DNA of 20,000 nucleotides from contig JAUWZX010000001.1 in assembly GCA_030615175.1 (NCBI GenBank), forward strand, positions 706,885 to 726,884. The letters are read 5' to 3'. This document shows, in pieces, positions 1 through 8,000 of this stretch. Every line of letters begins with the position of its first letter. Position 1 is the stretch's first letter. Origin of the DNA: Candidatus Parvarchaeota archaeon (GTDB taxonomy: Archaea > Nanobdellota > Nanobdellia > WJKC01). The position numbers were made by a program, and so were the translations under genes. The notes beneath the pieces were generated by a model, which ran no database searches, had not been told where the DNA came from, and worked only from the letters and a program-made list of their open reading frames with translations.

Positions 1-1
1 T

Positions 2-442
2 AGTGAGGATAAATTCATTAGTTTAAGCGTTGCATTATTAATCATTGTTTTACCTACTTTTTTCTGGCATGAATTCGTTCAATTATTTGATAAAAGTTAC
101 TTTAAGTACCTTAAATTCATAGTTCTTTCAGGATTAATTATTGGCTTGTTCTTTAATCCAGTATTAGCTGAGGGGAATGAAACTATTAACGCAACCCAGC
201 AGGGCGTTTTTAACTGGTTTTCTCAGGGCATTGACTTCTTTTCCTCTGCTTCAAACATGTTTAATTCTTTCAAGTCAACTATTGAAGGAACCCTTAGTCT
301 TGACCCGTGGACTTCCCAGATGGTCATGATTATTTTAATTCTCATCCTGGCATTCCTCTTATTCAAGTTCCTGTCACTAGTTATTAAGTGGGTTGTGGTA
401 GGATTAATTATCTGGGTTGTCGCACAGTTATTCTTCCTTTAA
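2..442 (+). CDS. Multi-pass membrane protein, 5'-truncated by the window edge
   Basis: The frame of ORF 146..442 stays open back to position 2 (SEDKFISLSVALLIIVLPTFFWHEFVQLFDKSYFKYLKFIVLSGLIIGLFFNPVLAE...), so TTG146 is probably internal. Several hydrophobic segments, including a C-terminal hairpin. Confidence 0.7.
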   Translation, partial: SEDKFISLSVALLIIVLPTFFWHEFVQLFDKSYFKYLKFIVLSGLIIGLFFNPVLAEGNETINATQQGVFNWFSQGIDFFSSASNMFNSFKSTIEGTLSLDPWTSQMVMIILILILAFLLFKFLSLVIKWVVVGLIIWVVAQLFFL

Positions 443-459
443 GCACTTAATAATGGTTT

Positions 460-909
460 TTATAAATTGTTTTCGAACGTGATGACTGCTCCTATTGAAG
501 GGTTATTATCACCAACAAGCAGTATTTCCGTTCCTGATAAGTAATTGCCTGTTAGCATTGAATTCGTTGAGTAATTAAGGCATCTGGTCATTACAACATC
601 CCCTGTACTCCTGGCGCATAACCTGTTACCGTCCACGAAAACCCTGTAAGAGCTTCTATCAATTTTTGACGGCATGCCTCCGGTTATTGTGAAAGTCGTG
701 TTAACTCCGCTCCTCATCTGATAATCAACCCTTACTATCATTGAATTAACCTGGTTGATTATGCCTTCTAACTGCTCGTTATAACTAAACCTTTTTATTT
801 CAGGAATCATTGTCGTGTTGAACATGGCTGTGACTGTTACGAGCACTAGGACTCCGAACGTGAAAGCAAATACTTCCCTTAGGACTACCATCATTGATTT
901 ACGGTTCAT
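460..909 (-). CDS. Archaeal type IV pilin-like protein (class III signal peptide)
   Basis: N-terminus MNRKS|MMVVLREVFAFTFGVLVLVTVTAMF: short basic leader ending in KS, a hydrophobic helix with an early Glu, then a small beta-rich domain with a Cys pair. ATG909 preferred over GTG918. Confidence 0.65.
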   Translation of the reverse strand: MNRKSMMVVLREVFAFTFGVLVLVTVTAMFNTTMIPEIKRFSYNEQLEGIINQVNSMIVRVDYQMRSGVNTTFTITGGMPSKIDRSSYRVFVDGNRLCARSTGDVVMTRCLNYSTNSMLTGNYLSGTEILLVGDNNPSIGAVITFENNL

Positions 910-914
910 TGCAA

Positions 915-1739
915 TCACAGAGTTATTAAGTCAAGTATTGTTTCCATTTTATCTTTCTTCTTTTCAAGGCTTCTCATCACGTCCTTATAAATTTCCTCTG
1001 ACACCCTGCTGTTAACTAACTTCTCTCTTAGCATGTCCATTTGATTATTTAACTTAGTTATTTCCTGCACTACCTTCACTGTCTTGTCCTGAGGCACTTC
1101 CTTTATCATTCTATCCTCTGGCTTGACTTTCTTCATGTATTTCCTTGCTAAGTCATCATATACGTAGCTCATGTCATCTTTCAGTTTGTTAAGTATTTCT
1201 TTCTTATCCTTATCAGTGTCAGCGCTTATAACCACTCTTAAATCTGCCTTTAATCCTTCAACATCATATACGCCTACCATTTTCACCCAGGCCATTGACT
1301 TAACGCTTTCCTTCATTAAGAATACCATTAATCCTAATGGTAGTGTTATCATTGTGGTCCAGAATAATAAGTCTTTGTTTAATTCCTCGTACGGCAGGAA
1401 GTAGCCTATGAGTGCTATCACGAATACTGTTAACAGTATTTTCCAGATTGCAGGGTACTTGGCGCCTATTGACTTGCTTTTCACTCCTTTAATAATGCTT
1501 TTTATTGGCTTTAAACGCCCTCCTCTGAAGAAGTTTTTGAATTCAGTGCTTTCGAATTCAGTCATCTCGTTTAAGCTTATTCTGTAGCCATTATCAGTTA
1601 GTGTTTCAACGCACCTGCGTCTGAATTCCTCAGGGTCCTGCACCCTGATGTTTAAGTCGTGGAATACCCTCTTATCTCTTAACTTGTCTGTTTTAAACTC
1701 TTTTTCCAGGTCCTCAACGTATGGTCTTCTCCAAAACAT
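915..1739 (-). CDS. Hypothetical membrane protein (2 TM) with C-terminal coiled-coil/SHOCT-like tail
   Basis: 274-aa ORF; central hydrophobic pair (WKILLTVFVIALIGYFLP / LLFWTTMITLPLGLMVFLM); tail LREKLVNSRVSEEIYKDVMRSL. Abuts the pilin gene. Confidence 0.7.
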   Translation of the reverse strand: MFWRRPYVEDLEKEFKTDKLRDKRVFHDLNIRVQDPEEFRRRCVETLTDNGYRISLNEMTEFESTEFKNFFRGGRLKPIKSIIKGVKSKSIGAKYPAIWKILLTVFVIALIGYFLPYEELNKDLLFWTTMITLPLGLMVFLMKESVKSMAWVKMVGVYDVEGLKADLRVVISADTDKDKKEILNKLKDDMSYVYDDLARKYMKKVKPEDRMIKEVPQDKTVKVVQEITKLNNQMDMLREKLVNSRVSEEIYKDVMRSLEKKKDKMETILDLITL

Positions 1740-1774
1740 GTCAGTTATTAATATATCATTTAGTACTTATATAA

Positions 1775-2335
1775 TTATTCAAGCCACTGCTTTTCGCGCA
1801 GCAGGTCATATAATTCTTTTTCAAATCCTTTTAATTCTTTGGGCTCTATTCTTTTTAAATCATTTACGTAATCTAGTGGGAATTCATGTTTTTCAGCTGC
1901 CTTTATTATCAGGTTTAAGTAATCCTTTATTACAGGCACTTCTTTGTTTTCCTCTTTTTCTTTTTTCACCTTGAATGTTTTTACTTTAATCTCTGTTCCT
2001 TCAACAATTGAGGTTAATTCTAATTCATAATAATCCCCTATAGGGTCTTCTTTGCTTTTTATTTTATCATAATCCTCGTTAGTTAATTGCAGGATTAACC
2101 CCCATAAGTCTTTTTTAGAGCTGAACGTCATATTGGCTGCTCCAGTGTACCATTTAGTTGAGTAGTAATTAAATGTTATTGTTGCTTTCTCAATTCTTGC
2201 TTTAACTGCATTATACTTTATTGGTTCGTACCCTTTATTTATGAGCCATTGCTTTACGTTTTCTTCATTCATGTTCGGGCCGTACACGAAGTAGTTTACT
2301 CCATTATTCAATAATAACTCACGTACTGCATCCAT
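1775..2335 (-). CDS. Gamma-glutamylcyclotransferase (GGCT/AIG2-like) family protein
   Basis: YFVYGPNMN resembles YFAYGSNM; LWGLILQLTNEDYDKIKSKE includes the expected catalytic-region Glu; C-terminal DYLNLIIKAAEKHEFPLDYVNDL matches the GGCT tail. Confidence 0.8.
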   Translation of the reverse strand: MDAVRELLLNNGVNYFVYGPNMNEENVKQWLINKGYEPIKYNAVKARIEKATITFNYYSTKWYTGAANMTFSSKKDLWGLILQLTNEDYDKIKSKEDPIGDYYELELTSIVEGTEIKVKTFKVKKEKEENKEVPVIKDYLNLIIKAAEKHEFPLDYVNDLKRIEPKELKGFEKELYDLLREKQWLE

Positions 2336-2391
2336 TGTCTAATCATTTCTTAGTGTTTAGAATGTTATTTAAATACTTTATGCACACTAAT

Positions 2392-3369
2392 TTATATTAT
2401 TTTGACATCTCTTCGCTTTAAAATTTTTATTGACTTCGGGAGAGTTTCTAATTTATTATCATGTAACTCTAGTCTTTCGAGAGATTTTAGGTTTTTTATA
2501 GAATCCGGAAGAGTCGTTAACTGATTATACCCTAAATTTAGTGATTGGAGTGATTCTAAATCTCCTATTGACTCAGGGAGAGCCGTTAATTGATTATAAC
2601 TCAAATCTAGTTTCTGGAGTGATTTTAGGTTGCCTATAGATTCCGGAAGAGTCGTTAACTGATTATACCCTACACTTAGTGATTGAAGTGATTCTAAGCC
2701 TCCCATTAACTCCGGGAGAGCTGATAATTGATTCTTATACAAATGTAGTTCTTCGAGAGATTTCAGGTTTCTTATAGACTCTGGGAAAGTCCCTAATTTA
2801 TTATCATGTAAATCTAGTTTTTGAAGTGATTCTAAATTTCTTACTGACTCCGGGAGGGTTTCTAATTTATTACCATGTAACTCTAGTTTTTGAAGCGATT
2901 CTAAGTTTCCCATTGACTCCGGGAGAGTCTTTAACTGATTATTATATAACAATAGTCTCTGGAGTGATTTTAAGTCGCCTATCGACTCTGGAAGAGCCGT
3001 TAACTGATTATACCCTACACTTAGTGATTGAAGTGATTCCAAGTCTCCCATTGATTCTGGGAGAGTCTTTAATTGATTATTATACAAATCTATTTTCTTG
3101 AGATATTTTAGGTTGCCTATTGACTCAGGAAGAGTTGATAACTGATTACCATGTAAATTTAGTGATTGGAGTGATTCTAAGTCTCCTATTGATTCAGGGA
3201 GAGCTGATAATTGTGTTTCATTTAATCCTAAACCAATAATGTCACCATCCTTAACTTTAAATCCGGTAGTGTCAATTTCTTCTACTTGCGGAATGGATTT
3301 ACCAATAATCTTTTCCAATTCTTCCAGGACTTTCGCTTGATCGGGTTTTACATCATCTTTTTCAGTCAT
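2392..3369 (-). CDS. Cytoplasmic leucine-rich repeat protein (12 x 23-aa LRR)
   Basis: Consensus LxLxxNQLxxLPESIGxLxSLQx repeated 12 times after a ~46-aa N-cap; no signal peptide; GAGGAG RBS shortly upstream of ATG3369. Confidence 0.95.
   Translation of the reverse strand: MTEKDDVKPDQAKVLEELEKIIGKSIPQVEEIDTTGFKVKDGDIIGLGLNETQLSALPESIGDLESLQSLNLHGNQLSTLPESIGNLKYLKKIDLYNNQLKTLPESMGDLESLQSLSVGYNQLTALPESIGDLKSLQRLLLYNNQLKTLPESMGNLESLQKLELHGNKLETLPESVRNLESLQKLDLHDNKLGTFPESIRNLKSLEELHLYKNQLSALPELMGGLESLQSLSVGYNQLTTLPESIGNLKSLQKLDLSYNQLTALPESIGDLESLQSLNLGYNQLTTLPDSIKNLKSLERLELHDNKLETLPKSIKILKRRDVKII
2404..3231 (-). repeat. 69-bp intragenic tandem repeat encoding the LRR units
   Basis: Near-identical blocks gagYcgttaactgattataccctaMaYttagtgattgRagtgatt start at 2511, 2649 and 2994, spacings of 138 and 345 bp (2 x 69 and 5 x 69). 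Confidence 0.9.
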
Positions 3370-3392
3370 TAGTTTTTCTCCTCATTATTCTT

Positions 3393-3902
3393 TTATAAGT
3401 CTTTGCTTAACCGCCAGACGTAATTTCTTGATAACCCCGTGATTCTTGCGAGTTTCCTTAATGACACCCTGCATGCCTTGTTCAGTGCTGCGCAGGCAAT
3501 TCCAGTTCCATACGCATCATTGCATAACTTTATTGCTTCACTTATCTCTTTTTCACTTAACCTTAATTCCCATCCTATCCTGCTGGCGTACATGTGAGCT
3601 TCCACTCGCCTTTGCTTTAATCCTGTCACCCTGTTCACGTATCGTTTCTGCCTCATTAATTCCCTGCTCTTCCATTCCTTAATCATTAAAGGGTAATTCA
3701 GGTTATCGCTTGCTATCATAATGCATGCCTTAACTAACTCATCCCTGTTCCTGCCCCTGGTTCCTTTACTGTTCATTAACTTCTTGTATACTTCCAGTGC
3801 TGTTCTAACTACTCTTTCAGGCAGGTAGTGTTCGCCTTTTAATTGCTGGATGATAGCGTATGCTGGCATGAATGCTTTTTTGAATGATTCCTGCTTTGTC
3901 AT
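3393..3902 (-). CDS. Transcription factor B (TFB/TFIIB)-like protein, cyclin repeats only
   Basis: LPERVVRTALEVYKK...TRGRNRDELVKACIMIAS...YPLMIKE matches TFB core repeat 1; a second degenerate repeat ends in an HTH-like SLRKLARITGLSRNYV. No CxxC Zn ribbon. Confidence 0.75.
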   Translation of the reverse strand: MTKQESFKKAFMPAYAIIQQLKGEHYLPERVVRTALEVYKKLMNSKGTRGRNRDELVKACIMIASDNLNYPLMIKEWKSRELMRQKRYVNRVTGLKQRRVEAHMYASRIGWELRLSEKEISEAIKLCNDAYGTGIACAALNKACRVSLRKLARITGLSRNYVWRLSKDL

Positions 3903-3946
3903 TGCTTTTCCTGCTTGTCTGATTCTTTATTTAAATATTTTCTTTT

Positions 3947-4636
3947 TTATAGGACTCGGTTCTTGATGTATGATTTCTTTATGCTTTTAATCTGGTTAAG
4001 GATTCTTTTGATTACGAGTTCACTGCTTAAACTGTTTATAATCAGGAAGCTCTTGTTTTCTTTCACTTCTTTAAGAAAGTCTTCCAAGCTGTCTTCTTTT
4101 CTCTTGTATAATTGTCTGGGCGACACTTGCGCTAGTGAAAGCATGTTTTCCGACATGACTGTTAAGGTTTTCATTATATTATTAGCCCATTGAGGAGTAT
4201 TTTTTTCAATTAGAAAATAAAAGTGATTTAAGATTCTGCGCCGCCCGTCAAGGTAAGATTTCCATAACGTGTTATCCCCATCGCATAACACTATGTCGTA
4301 TGATTTCTCTTCTCTTATTAATGATGATAATTCTTTAAGGCTTGTCACTGTGTAATCTGCCAGTTCATGCGCGCCGCCATTCCTGTCTATTAGCACGTTG
4401 TCAGTGATTACTTTTCCTTTCCACTTGCCTGCTTCCAGTGCTTCCTTTAAGTTGCTACCCTGTTTCAGGTCCCTGTAATTATCGCCTGCCACCATTATCT
4501 TCACAGGGTTATGTCCTTTCTTCTTATAGTATTCAATTACTTTGTAATTATCCAGGAATTTAATTACTGCTTTAATATTTGGTTTATACCCGCGGTGCAT
4601 GATGCCGTCTTCATAAGTTATTAAACCTATATTCAT
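3947..4636 (-). CDS. HAD-superfamily phosphatase, circularly permuted
   Basis: Motif III K18-P, motif IV G51-D-N-Y-R-D56 and the usual C-terminal ADYTVTSLKEL all precede motif I (IVLC-D119-G-D121-NTL) and motif II (LIIN-S202). Confidence 0.75.
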   Translation of the reverse strand: MNIGLITYEDGIMHRGYKPNIKAVIKFLDNYKVIEYYKKKGHNPVKIMVAGDNYRDLKQGSNLKEALEAGKWKGKVITDNVLIDRNGGAHELADYTVTSLKELSSLIREEKSYDIVLCDGDNTLWKSYLDGRRRILNHFYFLIEKNTPQWANNIMKTLTVMSENMLSLAQVSPRQLYKRKEDSLEDFLKEVKENKSFLIINSLSSELVIKRILNQIKSIKKSYIKNRVL

Positions 4637-4741
4637 GCTGGTATAATTTAAGAGCCTAGTTATAAACGTTGCGATTACGTTCTTTCTTATTTACTTTGTC
4701 CCTTATTTAAATAGTTCTTCTTCCCATCTTATTTTACTGGG

Positions 4742-5137
4742 ATGCTGTTCTACTCTCATGTTTTCTTTGCAGCGTTAATCTCCAGAATGCTTGGTCTAAG
4801 CCCTTTCCTTTTCATTCTTGGTTCCTTGCTGCCTGATGTGGATAATCCTAACTCTAATGTCGGCTCCTTGTGCAAGCGCTTGTCTTATTATTTGAAGGAG
4901 AATTATTCTCACCGGGGCTTGACTCATTCATTATTATTCGCCGTGCCATGCCTGTTAATTCCTTCTTTTGGCTTGGGCGTTTTATCCCATATTCTTCTGG
5001 ATTTACTGAATAAGCGCGGGGTTAGGTTATTGTATCCTAGTAAGTCATGTTTTGTTCTCCTTGGAGGCCCTTTGGTTACTGGAAAGCATGATTTCATTTT
5101 TTCAGTGTCATGCCTGGTGGTGATGCTTTTATTCTAG
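4742..5137 (+). CDS. Membrane-bound metal-dependent hydrolase (YdjM-like)
   Basis: Motifs SH, GSLLPDVD, HRGLTHSL and SHILLDLLNKRGVRLLYP. Confidence 0.85.
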   Translation: MLFYSHVFFAALISRMLGLSPFLFILGSLLPDVDNPNSNVGSLCKRLSYYLKENYSHRGLTHSLLFAVPCLLIPSFGLGVLSHILLDLLNKRGVRLLYPSKSCFVLLGGPLVTGKHDFIFSVSCLVVMLLF

Positions 5138-5889
5138 TTGGTCGTGAGGAATTAATCAGTAAAGTATTAGGTTACGTTAGTCATCGACGTTCGCTTTTCA
5201 TTAAGGCTTGCGCTGGCAGCGGGAAGACTGCTTTACTGACTCATCTTGAATTAATTATTTACAGGGCTGCTTACGCTCTTCCTCATTCTAAGAAGGAGAT
5301 TCTTTCATGCATTGCTAAACCATTAAGAGTTCCTGTTAAAGGCAGGCGCGTTTTCGAGTTGTACAGGGATGTTATTTTCGAATTAGAGTATTCTTCATGC
5401 ATTTTATTACTGGATGATGTTCATGAATTAACTAAGTCTGTTAAAGCAGTTGTTATTAAGTTATTAAGTCATGGGCTCGTAGTCATCTGCGCGGGCGAGC
5501 GCAACGTTCTTGGCCTGCCTGAGACTAATATGCCTTCATTGTCCAGGGAGGAGGTTGAGTTAATTATTAATTCAGGGCTTGAGAGGCCTGATCCTTTGCT
5601 TGCTAAATTAATCATTAATGAATGCTCTACGCCTCAGGAGGTTAATCTTGTTTTGCGCAGAGTGAAGCGTTATGATTTATCTTCCCGTGATAAGATTCAT
5701 TCATTTATTGATTCAATGCGCCGCAGGAAGAGGGAGTTAATGCCTGTATGGTCTCTGGCAATCATTATTTCATTAATGCTTTCAATGCGTTACTTTTTTT
5801 ACATGAAGCGTGAATTCCAGACTGGTTACGTTATTGCTTTCACTGCTTATTTATTAAGGGCTTTAACCAGTTTCAGGAAGCGCGGTTAG
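5110..5889 (+). CDS. AAA+/P-loop ATPase with C-terminal membrane anchor
   Basis: N-terminal LVGREE, Walker A ACAGSGKT, Walker B ILLLDDVH, two C-terminal hydrophobic helices; overlaps the upstream hydrolase gene by 28 nt. Confidence 0.8.
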   Translation: MPGGDAFILVGREELISKVLGYVSHRRSLFIKACAGSGKTALLTHLELIIYRAAYALPHSKKEILSCIAKPLRVPVKGRRVFELYRDVIFELEYSSCILLLDDVHELTKSVKAVVIKLLSHGLVVICAGERNVLGLPETNMPSLSREEVELIINSGLERPDPLLAKLIINECSTPQEVNLVLRRVKRYDLSSRDKIHSFIDSMRRRKRELMPVWSLAIIISLMLSMRYFFYMKREFQTGYVIAFTAYLLRALTSFRKRG

Positions 5890-5930
5890 AAGTAATAATT
5901 AATAAATTCAGAATACCTTGTTAATATTTA

Positions 5931-6281
5931 ATGGTTGTAACTGGTCACATAATACATAAAAGATTAAGAATTAAGGATTTTGTAGATATAATTAAGTATT
6001 ACAGTACAGAACAAATTAAATGTACTGACCATACTTTTTTCAGGCTTAGTGAAAAGCAAAGAAAGGAATTCTTAAATTGTGAAAAACTAAAAATTTATAT
6101 AACTGAAAAAATACCAATATTTGTTGGAATACAAAATAACGGGTGTTATGCCATTTATTATTCATTTAATAAGATGAACGCGTTAAAGATGATTTTGGAC
6201 GTAAAACCAAATAATATATCAATAATAACATTTTATATTATTAATAAGGTAACTATACCAAAGATGAAGTATGAAAAGTAG
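5931..6281 (+). CDS. DUF4258-like putative toxin
   Basis: IKCTDHTFFRL resembles the T.Ha..R start of the family; ends in beta-strands (LKMILDV..ISIITFY); overlaps the DUF2283-like gene. Confidence 0.6.
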   Translation: MVVTGHIIHKRLRIKDFVDIIKYYSTEQIKCTDHTFFRLSEKQRKEFLNCEKLKIYITEKIPIFVGIQNNGCYAIYYSFNKMNALKMILDVKPNNISIITFYIINKVTIPKMKYEK

Positions 6282-6651
6282 ACATTTAAAAGGTAAAGGA
6301 ATATTCGATTATGATTACATTAATGATATTCTTTTTTTTAAAACCAAAAACAGAGAGTACGCGAGGTCTGTTGAATTCGGTAACATGGTATTTGACATAG
6401 ACCCTGAAAATTTCATTATCAACATACAAATATTTGAAGCATCAAAATTCTTAGGTATTAAAAAAGTATATTTAAGGAAGGTTCCTAAATGGCGTTTTAA
6501 CGCTATCGTCCATGATGGAATTGTTGAAATTAGATTATTCTTTCAAGTGTTAATAAGGAATAAAATAATAGAGAAGAATCCTATAATCCAGCAACCAACG
6601 AATTTGCCGAATTCTAGATTGGAATGCGTTGCCGTGCCTATTAATAAATAA
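6271..6651 (+). CDS. DUF2283-like putative antitoxin
   Basis: FDYDYINDILFF...SVEFGNMVFDIDPENFIINIQIFEASKFL matches the YD..aDiLyi...v.vD.d....ivGiEi..As pattern. Confidence 0.75.
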   Translation: MKSRHLKGKGIFDYDYINDILFFKTKNREYARSVEFGNMVFDIDPENFIINIQIFEASKFLGIKKVYLRKVPKWRFNAIVHDGIVEIRLFFQVLIRNKIIEKNPIIQQPTNLPNSRLECVAVPINK

Positions 6652-6700
6652 TCTCCTGCACAGGGTAATTCTTAAGTAGTGTTCACGCTTATTAATTATT

Positions 6701-7042
6701 ATGAGTAAATTAAGCATGATTGCAGTTCTCGGGTTGTTAGTAATCCTGGGCTGCACGCAGGCGGATAGTGCTGGGTTGGCTAATCCTTCTGCAGTTCATT
6801 GTGAGGAGCAGGGTTATTCTTATGAAGTGAGGGTTACGCCTGCTGGCAGTAAGGGTTTCTGCGTTTTCAGTGACCTGACTGAGTGTCCTGGCTGGGATTA
6901 TTATAATGGCATCTGCACTCTTGAGACCGCGTTTGTTTGTAAGGATGTGTGCGGTGACGGTGAGTGCCAGGAGATTGTCTGCATGGCTGTGGGTTGTCCT
7001 TGCAGTGAGAGTGTTAGTTCATGTCCTGATGACTGTGCTTAG
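6701..7042 (+). CDS. DUF333-domain Cys-rich lipoprotein
   Basis: Lipobox-like VILGC; GLANPSAVHCEEQGY...GFCVFSDLTECPGWDYYNG is the DUF333 signature; C-terminal CGDGEC...CPDDC module. Confidence 0.85.
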   Translation: MSKLSMIAVLGLLVILGCTQADSAGLANPSAVHCEEQGYSYEVRVTPAGSKGFCVFSDLTECPGWDYYNGICTLETAFVCKDVCGDGECQEIVCMAVGCPCSESVSSCPDDCA

Positions 7043-7049
7043 AAAATTT

Positions 7050-7319
7050 TTATTGGCAGAATATTTGCATTGGGTATGATTCAGCGATAGTGCATTCTCC
7101 TGAGTTGCAGCGGGTGCATGGGTTTCCTGCCCAGCAGATTGGTGTTGTCTGGTCCCGGAACTTGTAGCAGTCCATTCCTCCGGGGCATGGCGTTAACGCG
7201 TCGCATGTGATTTTTTCAAAGTCATCGCTTAACTCTCCTAAGCCATTGCCAGTCACTTCTGTGCTGGTGCATCCTGCTATTAATATTAGTAATGTTATTG
7301 CTCCGAAAATCTTTTTCAT
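7050..7319 (-). CDS. Small Cys-rich lipoprotein
   Basis: MKK plus hydrophobic stretch plus LIAGC lipobox; many Cys in the mature part. Confidence 0.75.
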   Translation of the reverse strand: MKKIFGAITLLILIAGCTSTEVTGNGLGELSDDFEKITCDALTPCPGGMDCYKFRDQTTPICWAGNPCTRCNSGECTIAESYPMQIFCQ

Positions 7320-7377
7320 CTGACAAAAAAGTAATTAGTAATGATTTAAATAATCTTTGATGATTATATTATTAATC

Positions 7378-7782
7378 ATGAAGGTTTTCGGCAAGTCATT
7401 GAGCGAGTACTTATTGCCGGTTAAGTTTTACGTTATTGGCTGTATTATAGTCGTGTTATCACAGTACCTTATCGGCATCCCTGTGCAGGACGCGTTTCCT
7501 TTGTTCCTGAATTTAACTCAGGCTGCCTGGGCTTTACTGGTTGCCTTGTCAGTGGTTAAATTAATTAAGCATTATGATTTCAGTTTTAAGAATGTTTTAT
7601 TCCTTGGCGTTCTTTACTCCTTGATTATTCATGGCTTAAAGGTTTCCATCAGGGCAGTCTTTTACGCCAAGCCTCTTGATTACCTTATTAACCGGTTCCT
7701 TTATGGCAGTTCACTGGTAATGATGATAGTCTTAATCCTTGGTCCTTGCTTTATTTACTTTAAGCGTAAGAGGTTATTATGA
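7378..7782 (+). CDS. Small multi-pass membrane protein (about 4 TM)
   Basis: Four hydrophobic segments. ATG7378 (MKVFGK) preferred over TTG7357 because TTTAAATA at 7345-7352 lies 25 nt upstream. Confidence 0.7.
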   Translation: MKVFGKSLSEYLLPVKFYVIGCIIVVLSQYLIGIPVQDAFPLFLNLTQAAWALLVALSVVKLIKHYDFSFKNVLFLGVLYSLIIHGLKVSIRAVFYAKPLDYLINRFLYGSSLVMMIVLILGPCFIYFKRKRLL

Positions 7783-8000
7783 CAGGCTTAATGATGTTTA
7801 AGGCATTATTCTTATTGTTATTATTAGTTATTGTTAGCGGGTGCACTTCAACTGGAGGCATTGACTGCGTTCTTAATGGTGACTGCGTGGTTTACGGTGA
7901 GTCTGGTGACTGTAATTGCGGGTGCTATAATAAGGATAATCTTCCTGTAGGGACTGGCGGCGAGTGCGTTAACGGTGAGTGTCAGGGCATTTTTGAGTAG
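7779..8000 (+). CDS. Small Cys-rich lipoprotein (possibly internally deleted)
   Basis: Lipobox IVSGC; CxxxxDC...DCNCGC...GECVNGEC; ATGA overlap with the upstream gene. Confidence 0.65.
   Translation: MTGLMMFKALFLLLLLVIVSGCTSTGGIDCVLNGDCVVYGESGDCNCGCYNKDNLPVGTGGECVNGECQGIFE

Noticed and set aside
2404..3231. Regularly spaced repeats as a CRISPR array or DGR template/variable pair
   Set aside because: The period is 69 bp in frame with an LRR protein, there are no unique spacers, differences are not adenine-specific, and no cas or reverse transcriptase gene is present.
815..4193. Plus-strand ORFs 815..1015, 1171..1404, 1648..1974, 2826..3101, 3446..3682 and 3915..4193
   Set aside because: Antisense shadows of better-supported minus-strand genes, with no recognisable motifs.
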